Counted from the stretch's first letter, positions 19,600 through 29,388 are shown. The stretch is DNA of 64,000 bases from Myxococcota bacterium (GCA_044344255.1 JBIJDH010000020.1:32001-96000); one strand, 5' to 3'. Made by a program: numbers and translations. Notes: generated from the sequence alone by a model not told the origin.

Positions 19600-21588
19600 C
19601 TATCGGCGACGCGCGCCCGGCCGCGGGGGCGGAGGCGGCGTAGGAGGGAGGCCGATCTTGTAGACCTCGACCTCATAGCCGTTGGTGTCGAGCACGTAGA
19701 GGCGGCCGCGGCTCACGGCGATAGCGCCGAAGCCGGTCCACTTGCCGGTGCCGCCGCTCCCCTTCTGGCCCAGCGTGGCCAGGAGCTTCTGGTCCGGGTC
19801 AAAGACCTGCACCCGGCCGTTGCCGGTGTCGGCGACGTAGAGGTTGCCGTGCTCGTCGAGGGCGAGATGCGTGAACTGCCCGAGCTCGAACTGCCCGGGG
19901 CCCTCCCCCTTCGAGCCGAAGGTGCCCTGCACGGTCCCGTCGAGGCCGAGCAGGGTGATCCGCTCGTTGTTCGTGTCGGCGACATAGAGCCGGCCCCGCA
20001 GCTTGTCGAGGGCGATCCCCGCTGGCCAATTGAACTGCCCGGGCCCGGCGCCCTTCTGGCCCACCGACCAGACGGTGCTGCCGTCGAGCTTGAGGCGCAT
20101 CACCTTGTCTTCGTCTGAATTGCCAACGTAGATAGCACCGTCGTCGAGATCGACGACCAGGCCCCGCATCTTGGCGCTCTGCGGGAAGGCGGGGTTGCCG
20201 ACCCCGGAGACAAACTTGCCGTCGGCGGTGAGGCGCCGAATGACCCAGTCGGCCTGGAGACGCGGGTCATCGGGGTAGTGCATCACCTCGCGCAGCGTCC
20301 ACAGCATGCCGGCGGAGTCGAACCAGAGGGAGGCGGGGAAGAACTGGTCCTCCTTGCTCACCCACATCCCCGACCGCGGATCTGCGGCGAAGGTGGCGGG
20401 GAAGGGGCCGCCGTCGCGGTCGGTCTGCCCGTCGAGCCAGCCGTCGAAGGCCTGGATGAAGCGGCCGGTGGCGTCGAAGCGGCGCACGCGGTGGTCAAAC
20501 CAGTCGCCGACATAGACGTCGCCATTGACGGGGTTGACGGTCAGGGTCCGCGGGGTGTTGAGCACGCCGGCGTCCTTCTCGTGCCCGCCGAAGGAGCCCT
20601 TGAACTGGAGCTCCTTGTCGAAGCGGTCGATGCGGTTCGCGTAGGCGGCGGCGGCGTAGAGCTCTCCGGTCTTCGGGTTCACCTCGACGGCGCGGGGGTG
20701 GAAGGCGCCGTGCACGCGGTCATTCGGCCCCTGGAAGAAGGAGACGAAGTTGCCGTCCCGATCGAGCTTCTGGCCGCGCTCGTTGTCGGTGTCGGCCACA
20801 TAGATGAAGCCGGCGGCGTCGACGGAGACATCGCGGCACCAGCGGAATTCCCGCGGCGCGCTGCCCTGTCCGGCCCAGCGCGCGAGCTCTTTTCCGTTGA
20901 GGTCCAATTTGATCACCGCGCGGGTGCCGGGGTCAGAGATCACGAGGAAGTCGCCGCCGGGGTGCAGCGCGATCCCAAAGGCCTGATCGACCTTCACGGG
21001 GAACTCCCGCAGGCGCTGCCCGGTTTTGTCGAGCACCACCACCCGCTTGTTGCCGGAGTCGAGGACGTAGACGTCGCCGTTGCGGAAGTCGACCGAGACG
21101 TCGTGCGGCGTGTTGACCTCGCCGAGGCCGTTGCCGGGGCGGCCGGTGCCGTAGGTGACCAGCAGCGTGCCGTTGGGATCGTACTGCACCACCTGGTCGC
21201 CCTCCCACACCGCCACCCAGAGGTTGCCGGTGGTGGGGTCGACGTCGATGCCGAGCGACTGGTTGCGGTTCCACTGGGTGATGAAGGCGCCGTTGGCGTC
21301 GAACTTCTGGATGCGGTTGAAGAGGAGGTCATTGACATAGACCTCCCCCGTGGTCGGGTTGACCGTGATGCCCGAGGGGTAGTTGAAGGTGCCGGGGCCG
21401 CGGTCGATACGCTTGCCCATCCGCGCCTCGAGCTCGAAGGTCATCGGGGCGGCCTGGGCGGCCGGGCTCACGGCGAGCGCCAGCAGGCCGAGCACCGACC
21501 AGCGGGCGATCGAGGCGACGAGGCGGGGCGAGGGGGGCGAGGCGAGCGAGGCGGGCGAGGGCAAGGCGGACTCCAGGGCTGACCTCAT
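19600..21588 (-). CDS. Secreted NHL-repeat (double beta-propeller) protein; start uncertain
   Basis: Many F..P.GI.V..G.VYV.D..N.RIQ.FD repeats; signal-like LGLLALAVSPAAQAA; the longer ORF-track N-terminus overlaps the divergent regulator. Confidence 0.85.
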   Translation of the reverse strand: MRSALESALPSPASLASPPSPRLVASIARWSVLGLLALAVSPAAQAAPMTFELEARMGKRIDRGPGTFNYPSGITVNPTTGEVYVNDLLFNRIQKFDANGAFITQWNRNQSLGIDVDPTTGNLWVAVWEGDQVVQYDPNGTLLVTYGTGRPGNGLGEVNTPHDVSVDFRNGDVYVLDSGNKRVVVLDKTGQRLREFPVKVDQAFGIALHPGGDFLVISDPGTRAVIKLDLNGKELARWAGQGSAPREFRWCRDVSVDAAGFIYVADTDNERGQKLDRDGNFVSFFQGPNDRVHGAFHPRAVEVNPKTGELYAAAAYANRIDRFDKELQFKGSFGGHEKDAGVLNTPRTLTVNPVNGDVYVGDWFDHRVRRFDATGRFIQAFDGWLDGQTDRDGGPFPATFAADPRSGMWVSKEDQFFPASLWFDSAGMLWTLREVMHYPDDPRLQADWVIRRLTADGKFVSGVGNPAFPQSAKMRGLVVDLDDGAIYVGNSDEDKVMRLKLDGSTVWSVGQKGAGPGQFNWPAGIALDKLRGRLYVADTNNERITLLGLDGTVQGTFGSKGEGPGQFELGQFTHLALDEHGNLYVADTGNGRVQVFDPDQKLLATLGQKGSGGTGKWTGFGAIAVSRGRLYVLDTNGYEVEVYKIGLPPTPPPPPRPGARRR

Positions 21589-21665
21589 GCTGACGGGTGC
21601 GCCCGATGAGCGCAATTTCGGTGACTCGATCTCTCGACCCCCTGACCCGCCAGCACCTCGGTCCC

Positions 21666-21681
21666 GTGCACTATCATGCAC
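21666..21681. promoter_or_regulatory. Palindromic TGCA-N6-TGCA operator overlapping a TATCAT -10 element
   Basis: GTGCA-CTATCA-TGCAC immediately upstream of the BzdR/BoxR-like gene. Confidence 0.65.
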
Positions 21682-21684
21682 CCG

Positions 21685-22428
21685 ATGCCCGATCCCCTCC
21701 TCAGCGCCCTCGGAGACCGCCTGCGCGAGCGCCGCACCGCGCTCGGCCTCACCCAGGCCGCGCTCTCCCGCCGCGCCGGCGTCTCCCCGCGCTTCCTCGT
21801 CCAGCTCGAGGCCGGCCTCGGCAACATCAGCGTCTCTCGCCTCGCCGAGGTGTGCACCGCGCTGAGCCTCCCCTTGGACCAGCTCTTTCGTGGCCTCAGC
21901 CCCGGCGGGCCGCGGCGGGTGGCCCTCGTCGGCCTGCGGGGGGCGGGCAAGACCACCGTGGGGGCCGCCCTCGCCGAGCGCCTCGGCGTCGCCCTCATCG
22001 AGCTCGACCGCAGGGTCGAGGAGGCCGCAGGCATGCGCCTCGGCGAGATCTTCGAGATCCAAGGCGAGGCCGCCTACCGCGAGGCCGAGGCCCGGGTGCT
22101 CGACGCCCTGCTCCGCGCCCCCGGCACCGCCGTCATCGCCACCGGCGGCAGCATCGTGACCGCGCCCGCCACCTGGCGGCGCCTCCGCGAGGGGGCCCGC
22201 ACCGTCTGGCTCCGCGCCTCCCCCGCCGCCCACCTCGCCCGCGTCCAGGCCCAAGGAGACCTCCGCCCGATGCTCGGTCGACCGGCCGCCCTGCAAGAGC
22301 TCGAGGCCATCCTCGCCGCCCGCGCCCCCCTCTACGCCGAGGCCGACCTCACCCTCGACACCGAGGGCCGGAGCCCCGACAGCCTCGCCGAGCAGATCCT
22401 CAAGGGGGAGCTGGCCCGCGCGCCCTGA
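21685..22428 (+). CDS. BzdR/BoxR-type regulator (XRE HTH fused to a shikimate-kinase-like domain)
   Basis: LRERRTALGLTQAALSRRAGVSPRFLVQLEAGLGNIS HTH; VALVGLRGAGKTTVG P-loop; ATGGSIV; QGDLRPM; alternative start 21676. Confidence 0.88.
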   Translation: MPDPLLSALGDRLRERRTALGLTQAALSRRAGVSPRFLVQLEAGLGNISVSRLAEVCTALSLPLDQLFRGLSPGGPRRVALVGLRGAGKTTVGAALAERLGVALIELDRRVEEAAGMRLGEIFEIQGEAAYREAEARVLDALLRAPGTAVIATGGSIVTAPATWRRLREGARTVWLRASPAAHLARVQAQGDLRPMLGRPAALQELEAILAARAPLYAEADLTLDTEGRSPDSLAEQILKGELARAP

Positions 22429-22462
22429 GGCGCCCGGACCTCCGAATGCCGCCCGCCTCGGA

Positions 22463-23275
22463 TCAGAAGAAGTCGGAGACGACCTCGGCGATCGAGGCCT
22501 GGAGGTCGGGGTCGTCGGTGAGGGTGCGCTCGAAGGCCGCCTCGGTGGCCGCCTTGGGGCTGATGCCCTCCGCGATCAAGCGGCCGGCGTGCACGAGGAG
22601 CCGCGTGCTCACGCCCTCTTCGAGGCCCCGCGAGGTGAGGTTGCGGATCTTGCCCCCCGCCTTGACGAGGCGGCGCGCCACGTCTTCCTCGACGCCCGCC
22701 TCGGCCATCACCACCTTGATCTCGATGTCGGGGGGCGGGTAGCCGAAGTCGAGCGAGACGAAGCGCTGGCGGGTCGACTGCTTCAGCTCCTTCAGCACCG
22801 ACTGGTAGCCGGGGTTGTAGCTCACCACCAACATGAAGCTGGCCGGCGCCTTGATCACCGCGGCCAGCTTCTCGATGGTGAGCACGCGCCGGTGGTCGGT
22901 GAGGGGGTGGATGACCACCAGGGTGTCCTTGCGGGCCTCCACCACCTCGTCCAGGTAGAGGATCGCGCCGTGGCGCACCGCCGCGGTGAGCGGGCCGTCT
23001 ACCCAGAGGGTTTCGTCGCCCTGGAGCAGGTACCGCCCCACGAGGTCGCTCGCGGTGAGGTCTTCGTGGCAGGCGACCGTCACCAGCGGGCGCCCCAGGC
23101 GGTGGGCCATGTAGGAGACGAAGCGGGTCTTGCCGCTGCCGGTGGGCCCCTTGAGGATCACGGGGATGCAGGCGCGGTGGGCCTTCTCAAAGAGATCGAC
23201 CTCCCCACCCGTGGGCAGGTAGAAGGGGGCCTCTTCGACCTTGAAATCTTCGACGGGCGGAGTGAGCTGGCGCAT
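22463..23275 (-). CDS. CbbQ/NirQ/NorQ-family AAA+ ATPase
   Basis: [81 protein letters not shown]. Confidence 0.93.
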   Translation of the reverse strand: MRQLTPPVEDFKVEEAPFYLPTGGEVDLFEKAHRACIPVILKGPTGSGKTRFVSYMAHRLGRPLVTVACHEDLTASDLVGRYLLQGDETLWVDGPLTAAVRHGAILYLDEVVEARKDTLVVIHPLTDHRRVLTIEKLAAVIKAPASFMLVVSYNPGYQSVLKELKQSTRQRFVSLDFGYPPPDIEIKVVMAEAGVEEDVARRLVKAGGKIRNLTSRGLEEGVSTRLLVHAGRLIAEGISPKAATEAAFERTLTDDPDLQASIAEVVSDFF

Positions 23276-23305
23276 CCGGGCCCGCTAACCGATTAGGTTG
23301 GCGCG

Positions 23306-24568
23306 ATGAGCTCTGCGGACACCCTGAACGACCTCATCGCGACCCACCACCCCGCCGCGGCGCGCTGCTTGTCCTCGCTGGGCCGGCAGATCTACTACCC
23401 GAGCGGGGTCCCGGCGCAGGCCGCGCAGGCCGCGGGCACCCGCATCAACGCCACCATCGGGCAGGTCACCGACGGGCGGGGCCACGCGATGCCCCTCGCC
23501 GCGCTCCAGGCGGTCGTGGGCGGCGGGATCGCCCCGAACGCGGCCTTCCTCTATCCCCCGGCCAGCGGCTACCCCGGCCTCCGCCGCGCCTGGCGCGACC
23601 ACCAGCGGCACCCCCGGCCGGCCGCCGTCAGCCTGCCGCTCGTGACCGGGGGCCTGACCCACTCCCTCTCCCTCATCGCAGACCTCTTCGCTGACCCCGG
23701 CACGCCGGTCCTCGTCCCTTCGCCCCGCTGGGACAACTACGACCACATCTTCGGCCTCCGCCGCGGCGCCCGCATGACGCCCTATCGGCTGATGCACCCC
23801 GACGGCGGGCTCGACCTCGGGGCCATCGAGGCCGCGCTCCGGTCGGTGGCCGGCCGCCCCGCCGTGCTCGTGTTGAACCTGCCGAGCAACCCCGTGGGCT
23901 ACAGCCCCACCCTCGCCGAGGCCGCAGCGCTGGCCGAGATCGTACGCGCGGCGGCCGGCCCCCTCGTGGTCGCCCTCGACGACGCCTACGCCGGCCTCAC
24001 CTGGGAGGAGGGCATCCTCGAGCGCAGCCTCTTCCATGACCTCGTCGACGCCGATCCCGAGCGCATCCTCGCCGTGAAGGTAGACGGCGCCACGAAGGAG
24101 CTCTTCTTCTTCAGCGGGCGGGTGGCCTTCCTCACCTTCGGGGTGGGCGGTCTCGCCGGGGAAGCCCTCGAGGAGAAGGCCCGGGCCACGCTGCGGGCCA
24201 CGGTCTCCTCCCCCTCCGGGCTCTCCCAGGCCGTGGTGGAGGCCGCCCTCGCCGACCCTGACCTCCCCCGCCAGCAGGCCGAGCTGCGGGCCATGCTCGG
24301 TCGCCGCTATCGGCTCTTCCGCGACGCCCTGCAGCGGCGGGGCCTCGCCGCCTGGCCCTTCAACAGCGCCTACTTCGCCCTGCTCCCCGTCCCGGGTGAC
24401 GCCCATGCGCTGCGCCACCGCCTGATCGCGGCGGGCATCGGGGTGGTGGCCACCCCCGAGGTGGGCGCGATCCGGCTCAGCTATGCGAGCACGCACGAAG
24501 ACGACATCGAAGAGCTGGTCACCACCATCGCCGACCACCTGGAGCGAGCCCCGGAGGCGGCCAGATGA
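23306..24568 (+). CDS. Class I/II PLP-dependent aminotransferase
   Basis: INATIGQ, PSPRWDNY, LNLPSNPVGYS, LDDAY, VDGATKE..SGRV. Confidence 0.88.
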   Translation: MSSADTLNDLIATHHPAAARCLSSLGRQIYYPSGVPAQAAQAAGTRINATIGQVTDGRGHAMPLAALQAVVGGGIAPNAAFLYPPASGYPGLRRAWRDHQRHPRPAAVSLPLVTGGLTHSLSLIADLFADPGTPVLVPSPRWDNYDHIFGLRRGARMTPYRLMHPDGGLDLGAIEAALRSVAGRPAVLVLNLPSNPVGYSPTLAEAAALAEIVRAAAGPLVVALDDAYAGLTWEEGILERSLFHDLVDADPERILAVKVDGATKELFFFSGRVAFLTFGVGGLAGEALEEKARATLRATVSSPSGLSQAVVEAALADPDLPRQQAELRAMLGRRYRLFRDALQRRGLAAWPFNSAYFALLPVPGDAHALRHRLIAAGIGVVATPEVGAIRLSYASTHEDDIEELVTTIADHLERAPEAAR

Positions 24569-25371
24569 GCCGTCGGGGGCGCTCGGCGCAGATCGCCCTG
24601 ATCGCGCTCCTCACCCTGAGCGCCTGCATCGACCGCTGGCTGGAGGCCCCCTTCGTGCTGGCCACCGGCATGGGGGAGGCCCGCTCGCTGCACCCCACGC
24701 TCCATGAGGGCATGTGGGTGGCGAGCGACGAGGGCCTCTTCGAGGTGAACGGCAACGGGGTGACCACCCCTCACCTCCGCACCCCGGTGAGCGTGGTGGC
24801 CGGGACGCCGGAGCGGCTCTTCATCGTCGATGCGAGCGGGCTGCACTGGGGCCCCCCGCCCGCGCCGGGCGCCCCCTTCCAAGCGGACGGCGGCGTCACC
24901 CGCACTGACGTGCATGACCTCCTCGGCTGGACAGACGGCAACCTGCTCCTGGCCATCGGCGAAGAGGTGCGGCTCTTCGACGCCCGCTCCGGCACGGCCG
25001 CCCCCTACGCCACCGGCCTCGGCGCCGTCCGCGCGCTGGCCCTCGGCCCCACCGAGGGCGGCCCCTCCGCGCTCGCGGTCACCGAGGATCGCCTCTGGCT
25101 CCTGCGCGGTGGCGAACGAACGCTCCTGGCGAGCGGGCTCGTAGACGCCCAGGCCGCCGCCACCGATCCCTGGGGGCGCGTCTGGATCCTCCAGGGGGCG
25201 CCGCGCGAGATCGATCGGGTGGAGGGCCAGGAGCTCCGCCGCTTCGCGACCTCGGTCGGCGACTGCACCGACCTTCACTTTGGCGCGACCGGCCTCTTCC
25301 CGGCGGAGAACCTCTACCTCACCGCCCGGGACGGCACCCTGAACTACGTGCGGGTGCCCTCACCGGGCTGA
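24565..25371 (+). CDS. Hypothetical lipoprotein, probable beta-propeller
   Basis: Lipobox TLSAC; ATGA overlap with the aminotransferase; beta-strand repeats. Confidence 0.65.
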   Translation: MSRRGRSAQIALIALLTLSACIDRWLEAPFVLATGMGEARSLHPTLHEGMWVASDEGLFEVNGNGVTTPHLRTPVSVVAGTPERLFIVDASGLHWGPPPAPGAPFQADGGVTRTDVHDLLGWTDGNLLLAIGEEVRLFDARSGTAAPYATGLGAVRALALGPTEGGPSALAVTEDRLWLLRGGERTLLASGLVDAQAAATDPWGRVWILQGAPREIDRVEGQELRRFATSVGDCTDLHFGATGLFPAENLYLTARDGTLNYVRVPSPG

Positions 25372-25386
25372 TCGAGGGGGGAGGCC

Positions 25387-25863
25387 TCAGCTCCGACGAC
25401 GCCGGGCGCCGAGGGCGGCGAGGCTGACGATCACGCCCGCGAAGGCGAGCTCGGAGCCAGGGACGGTGCTGCAGCTCTTGCCGCCGCCGCCGCCCTTCCA
25501 GTTGGTGAGGCCGTCTTCGTTGATGGGGTCGAGCGGGCCCGTGTCGGTCGGCATCTCGGGCGACTCGGGCACGGTGGGGTCCGCGTCGGCGTCACCGTCG
25601 GCGTCGGCGTCGGCGTCACCATCGGCGTCACCATCGGCGTCCGCGTCCGAATCGGCGTCCGTGTCGGCGTCAGCGTCGGTGTCCGTGTCGGTGTCCGAGT
25701 CCGCGTCCGTATCGGCGTCCCCGCCGCCGGTGTCTCCGGTGCCCGTGTCCACCGCGCCGGTGTCGGGCGGGCTGATGATCAGCTTGGCGCCGCCGCTCCG
25801 CGCAACGGCCGTGCCGGCGATGAGGAGCAGGAGGAGGGCGGAGAGGAGGGCGCGGACCTTCAT
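25387..25863 (-). CDS. Small secreted acidic-repeat protein with MYXO-CTERM-like tail
   Basis: MKVRALLSALLLLLIAGTAVA signal; long (D-A/T/S/G)n tract; GGGGKSCSTVPG..TM..RRRRS tail. Confidence 0.75.
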   Translation of the reverse strand: MKVRALLSALLLLLIAGTAVARSGGAKLIISPPDTGAVDTGTGDTGGGDADTDADSDTDTDTDADADTDADSDADADGDADGDADADADGDADADPTVPESPEMPTDTGPLDPINEDGLTNWKGGGGGKSCSTVPGSELAFAGVIVSLAALGARRRRS

Positions 25864-25902
25864 GGCGGGGCCTCGGATGGCCATCGTGGCCAGACGGGAT
25901 GG

Positions 25903-25962
25903 GCAGATGTGCGAGGGACCGATTCGGGAGGAACCGATTCGGGAGGAACCGATGTGCGGGCG
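25903..25962. repeat. 15-bp-period intergenic tandem repeat
   Basis: ACCGATTCGGGAGGA exact at 25918 and 25933, with degenerate flanking copies. Confidence 0.8.
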
Positions 25963-26092
25963 TGCCGGGCGCAGGGAGGCCCAGCCGTCAACCGACGCAC
26001 TATAGACCGGCGGCGGCCTCCGCGCACCCCCCGCCTTGGCAGCCGGCCCCCTCTCCGATACCCTGCCGCGACCTTCCTGGTAGGGATGCCCG

Positions 26093-27301
26093 ATGTCACC
26101 GCGTTCGCCCTCGCCCGCCCCCTCGATGTCGGGAGTCCCCCGAATGTCTGCGCACCGATCGATGGGGTGGATGGCCACCGCCGTCGGCCTCAGCGCCCTC
26201 ACGAGCTGCGAGATCCCGCCCAAGTACATCGATCAGCCCGGGGTGGAGCAGGCGATCGCCAAGAAGAAGTACAAGACGGCCTGCAAGGGCCTCGAGATGA
26301 AAGGCGACGAGACCCGCCAGTTCGCCGCCTTCAAGATCTCGACGATGGTGAAGGACCCCATCGGCCACGACTGCCTCTGCGCCAACCTCGCCGACGAGAA
26401 GACCGGCTGGGACCGCGCCATCGTCGCTGGCCTCAAGCAGGACGAGAAGCCGAAGGACGCCCTCGTGGGCTGCTTCGCAGACCTCGTGACCGGCACGAAC
26501 ATCCCCGAGCGCCTCGAGGCCACCCAGCTCCTGCGCGGCTTCCAGACGGACAGCAGTCGGGCGGCGATGGTCAAGCTGTCGAACGACAACACGGTCGACC
26601 CCGCGGTGCGCTCCGAGGCGATCAAGGGCATCTCCGGCAAGGACAACAAGCCCCTGCTGCTCACCCTCCTCGCCGGGGAGAAGGACGCCGCGGTGCGGGC
26701 CGCCGCCGCCCTCCGGCTGAGCGGCCTCAAGGACGACGACGTCGTCGCCGCGCTCACCAAGGCCCTCCACGAAGACAGCGACGGCGTCGTGCGCGGCACG
26801 GCGATGCTGTCCCTCGGCCAGTCCGGCGTGGTCGACATCACCACCCTCGCCTGCAAGGCGATGATGGAGGACGCTGACCCCGTCGTCCGTCGCCTCGCCG
26901 TCGCCTCGCTGCACGGCGCGCGCAAGGACGAGGCCATCGCCTGCCTCAAGCAGCGCACGATGACCGAGGAGACCGACGCCGAGGTGCGCCAGGCCCTGCT
27001 CGACACGCTGGGCAGCTCGCCGAACGACGGCGCCGCGCTCATCCTCTGCGAGGCCATCCCCTTCTGGCTCAAGACCTACGTCGTGACCGAGCTCCCCGAG
27101 AAGCTGCCGGGCACCTCGATCATCGAGGCCCAGAACCGCCGGGATCACGCGCGCAGCTACGCCTGCGTCGAGAAGGCCTACAAGAGCCAGTCCGGCTACT
27201 CCTGCTTCGCCAAGCTCTACGTCGGCTGGTGGTACAACGAGGTGGGCGGCCCCAACGCGCGCCTCCCGGAGTGCCCGGGCTACCCCGCCCCGCCGAAGTA
27301 G
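26093..27301 (+). CDS. HEAT-repeat lipoprotein (true start probably a downstream ATG, ~26144-26171)
   Basis: Lipobox ALTSC; repeated D..VR..A...L motifs (DPAVRSEA, DAAVRAAA, DGVVRGTA, DPVVRRLA, DAEVRQAL); Cys pairs. Confidence 0.8.
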   Translation: MSPRSPSPAPSMSGVPRMSAHRSMGWMATAVGLSALTSCEIPPKYIDQPGVEQAIAKKKYKTACKGLEMKGDETRQFAAFKISTMVKDPIGHDCLCANLADEKTGWDRAIVAGLKQDEKPKDALVGCFADLVTGTNIPERLEATQLLRGFQTDSSRAAMVKLSNDNTVDPAVRSEAIKGISGKDNKPLLLTLLAGEKDAAVRAAAALRLSGLKDDDVVAALTKALHEDSDGVVRGTAMLSLGQSGVVDITTLACKAMMEDADPVVRRLAVASLHGARKDEAIACLKQRTMTEETDAEVRQALLDTLGSSPNDGAALILCEAIPFWLKTYVVTELPEKLPGTSIIEAQNRRDHARSYACVEKAYKSQSGYSCFAKLYVGWWYNEVGGPNARLPECPGYPAPPK

Positions 27302-27342
27302 GCGGTCACGCGGACTCAAGACGACTGAACCGGAGGTAGAAC

Positions 27343-27783
27343 GTGGGCTCTCTCGGCGAGAACATCAAGGACAAGTTGAAGCGTAAGGCCGTCATCGACG
27401 ACTGCGCCCTGCTCATCGAGGCCGAGGTCGGCGACAAGGGAGGCCTCTCCGGCATCGCCATCAAGACCGGCTATCGGGCGGTGCGCGGCCTGAAGCCCGG
27501 CATGATCGAGATGTCCTTGGACGCCCTCCTCGACGACTTCGCCGCCCGGGTCGACCCGCTGTGGGCCGAGTGCCAGGCCAAGAAGGAGAACCCGCGGGCC
27601 TACTTCCAGCGCCGCTCGGCCGAGGTCGCCAACGCCCTGCTCGGCGTCACCGACGACCGCGCCAAGCGCAGCAAGCACGACCTGCTCGTCAAGACCTACC
27701 AGTCGCTGCGCGGCAAGGCCGTGGAGCACATCGCCACGGCCATGCCCCGCTTCGCCGACCTGCTGGTCAAGCACGCCGCCTGA
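27343..27783 (+). CDS. Conserved hypothetical helical protein (DUF6918-like)
   Basis: DCALLIEAEVGDKGGLSGIAIKTGYRAV..KPG..ALLGVTDDRA..Y..LR; GGAGG SD before GTG. Confidence 0.75.
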   Translation: MGSLGENIKDKLKRKAVIDDCALLIEAEVGDKGGLSGIAIKTGYRAVRGLKPGMIEMSLDALLDDFAARVDPLWAECQAKKENPRAYFQRRSAEVANALLGVTDDRAKRSKHDLLVKTYQSLRGKAVEHIATAMPRFADLLVKHAA

Positions 27784-27790
27784 GCCGCGC

Positions 27791-28546
27791 TCAGGCCCGC
27801 CGCCAGTCTCGCCACCCCTCGAAGAGGCCCGCCAGCCGCTCGAGGCTGGGGCCATCCCGGCAGATCTGCCCCAGACCGAGCCCCAGCACCACCGGGGTGA
27901 AACGCCCGCCGCCGAGCAGGCGGAGGTGCCCGGAGATCGCGTGCCGCTGCGCCTCACCGGATTGGCGGTGTAGCGTGGCGCCGCCCCAGTGCCCGCAGCG
28001 GGCCCCCGGCACGAGCCGAGGCGGTCGCCCGAGGGCGCGGAGCCGCCGGCAGAGCTCTATGTCCTCAAAGCCGTGACGGAAGGCGGGATCGAAGCGCAAG
28101 GACGTGGGGAGCAGCAGGCAGGCCCCGCTGTAAGCGTCCGCCACCTCGCCGGGGCGGGCCGCGCGCACCCGCCCCCAGCGACGGGTGACGATGCCCCGCT
28201 CCACCGCGCCGCCCTCCCCCACGAGGGTGGGGGCGAGGGCGCCGTCGCCGTCGGTCCAGGCGGCGACGAGGGCGTCGAGGCAGCCGGGCTCCGGCGCGGC
28301 GTCATCATTCAGGAGGAGGGCGTGGCTGTCTCCAGCGGCCTCCGCCCAGGCGAGGCCCGCGTTGGCGGCGCGGGCGAAGCCGAGCGCTCCCTCGGTCCGC
28401 AGCACGGGCGCGCCCACCTCGCCGAGGGGCGCCCGACCGGGGGGCCCGTCGTCTACCACCAGCGCGGGCCAACCCTGCACCGCGAGCAAGGCCCGCCCGA
28501 GCAAGGCACGCCGGCTGTGGTGGGGGATGATGACCCGCAGGCGCAC
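27791..28546 (-). CDS. Family 2 glycosyltransferase
   Basis: VIIPHH, LVVDDG, GFARAANAGL, LLLNDDA, SGACLL, FEDIELCRR; GTG start overlaps the upstream stop. Confidence 0.85.
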   Translation of the reverse strand: MRLRVIIPHHSRRALLGRALLAVQGWPALVVDDGPPGRAPLGEVGAPVLRTEGALGFARAANAGLAWAEAAGDSHALLLNDDAAPEPGCLDALVAAWTDGDGALAPTLVGEGGAVERGIVTRRWGRVRAARPGEVADAYSGACLLLPTSLRFDPAFRHGFEDIELCRRLRALGRPPRLVPGARCGHWGGATLHRQSGEAQRHAISGHLRLLGGGRFTPVVLGLGLGQICRDGPSLERLAGLFEGWRDWRRA

Positions 28547-29310
28547 TACTGGAGCTCGGTCTTGCCGGGCGGGGGGCGGTCGTCCTTCTTGAGGACCAGA
28601 TCGATGTGGTCTCGGTCGCCGGCCGTGTTGACGGGGTTGCCGGGGTACCAGACCGCCGGATCGGAGGGCCCGGGGCGCCCGTCCTTGTTCTCGTCGGCGA
28701 AGGCCCCCACCCACACCTTGGGCGAGGCGGCCGGCACCTGCACGGAGTAGGGGCCCGGCTTGTCGAGGCGGGCCATGCCGACCACGCTCGGGCGCTTGCC
28801 GCCGATCTCCCGCTGATCGCCGTCAAAGACGTCGATGCGGATCGGCCCGCCGCCCCAGCCCTCCACCGTGAGCGTGCCCTGGATGGCCACCATCGGGGCG
28901 TCCGCTGGGATCCCGGCGCCCCCGCCCGGATCTCCGACGGCGCCCCCCGGCGGCGGCCCGGTGGGGACCCCCGGGGCCGGCTGCTCCGGTCGCCCGGGCG
29001 GCGGCTGTCCACCCTCCGCGAGCGGCGGCGCCGACGGGCTCCCGAAGGGCGGCGGCGCCGGCTGACCGACCCCCGCCGGCTGCCCCGGTGAGCCCCCTGC
29101 GGCACCGCCCCCGCTCCCGCCTGCGGCCCCGTCGACCGACTTCGTGTCGAGGTCGCGCGCCCGCGAGAGGATGGGGTCCTCCCCACCACAGGCCGCGGCG
29201 AGCCAGAGGCCCAGCACGCCGACCCGCGGCAAGACAGGGAGCGCCTGAGCCAAGGCCCGCACCGACGGTCGGCCCTCCGAGACGAGCAGGTTGTTCCGGA
29301 TCCAGATCAT
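28546..29310 (-). CDS. Hypothetical lipoprotein with Pro/Gly-rich linker and C-terminal beta-sandwich
   Basis: Lipobox LAAAC; P/G-rich linker; C-terminal GPYSV..VGAFADENKDGRP; start uncertain. Confidence 0.6.
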   Translation of the reverse strand: MIWIRNNLLVSEGRPSVRALAQALPVLPRVGVLGLWLAAACGGEDPILSRARDLDTKSVDGAAGGSGGGAAGGSPGQPAGVGQPAPPPFGSPSAPPLAEGGQPPPGRPEQPAPGVPTGPPPGGAVGDPGGGAGIPADAPMVAIQGTLTVEGWGGGPIRIDVFDGDQREIGGKRPSVVGMARLDKPGPYSVQVPAASPKVWVGAFADENKDGRPGPSDPAVWYPGNPVNTAGDRDHIDLVLKKDDRPPPGKTELQ

Positions 29311-29388
29311 GGGTTTGGCCCCTCGCAGAGTCCAGCAGGGCGTAGAATTCTCGCGCCCTCCGGCGGCTCCGTGATAACCTGCCGCGGC

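Noticed and set aside
21589..22296. N-terminal extension of the 898-aa NHL ORF
   Set aside because: It overlaps the BzdR-like gene on the other strand; the signal-peptide-like segment lies downstream of 21588.
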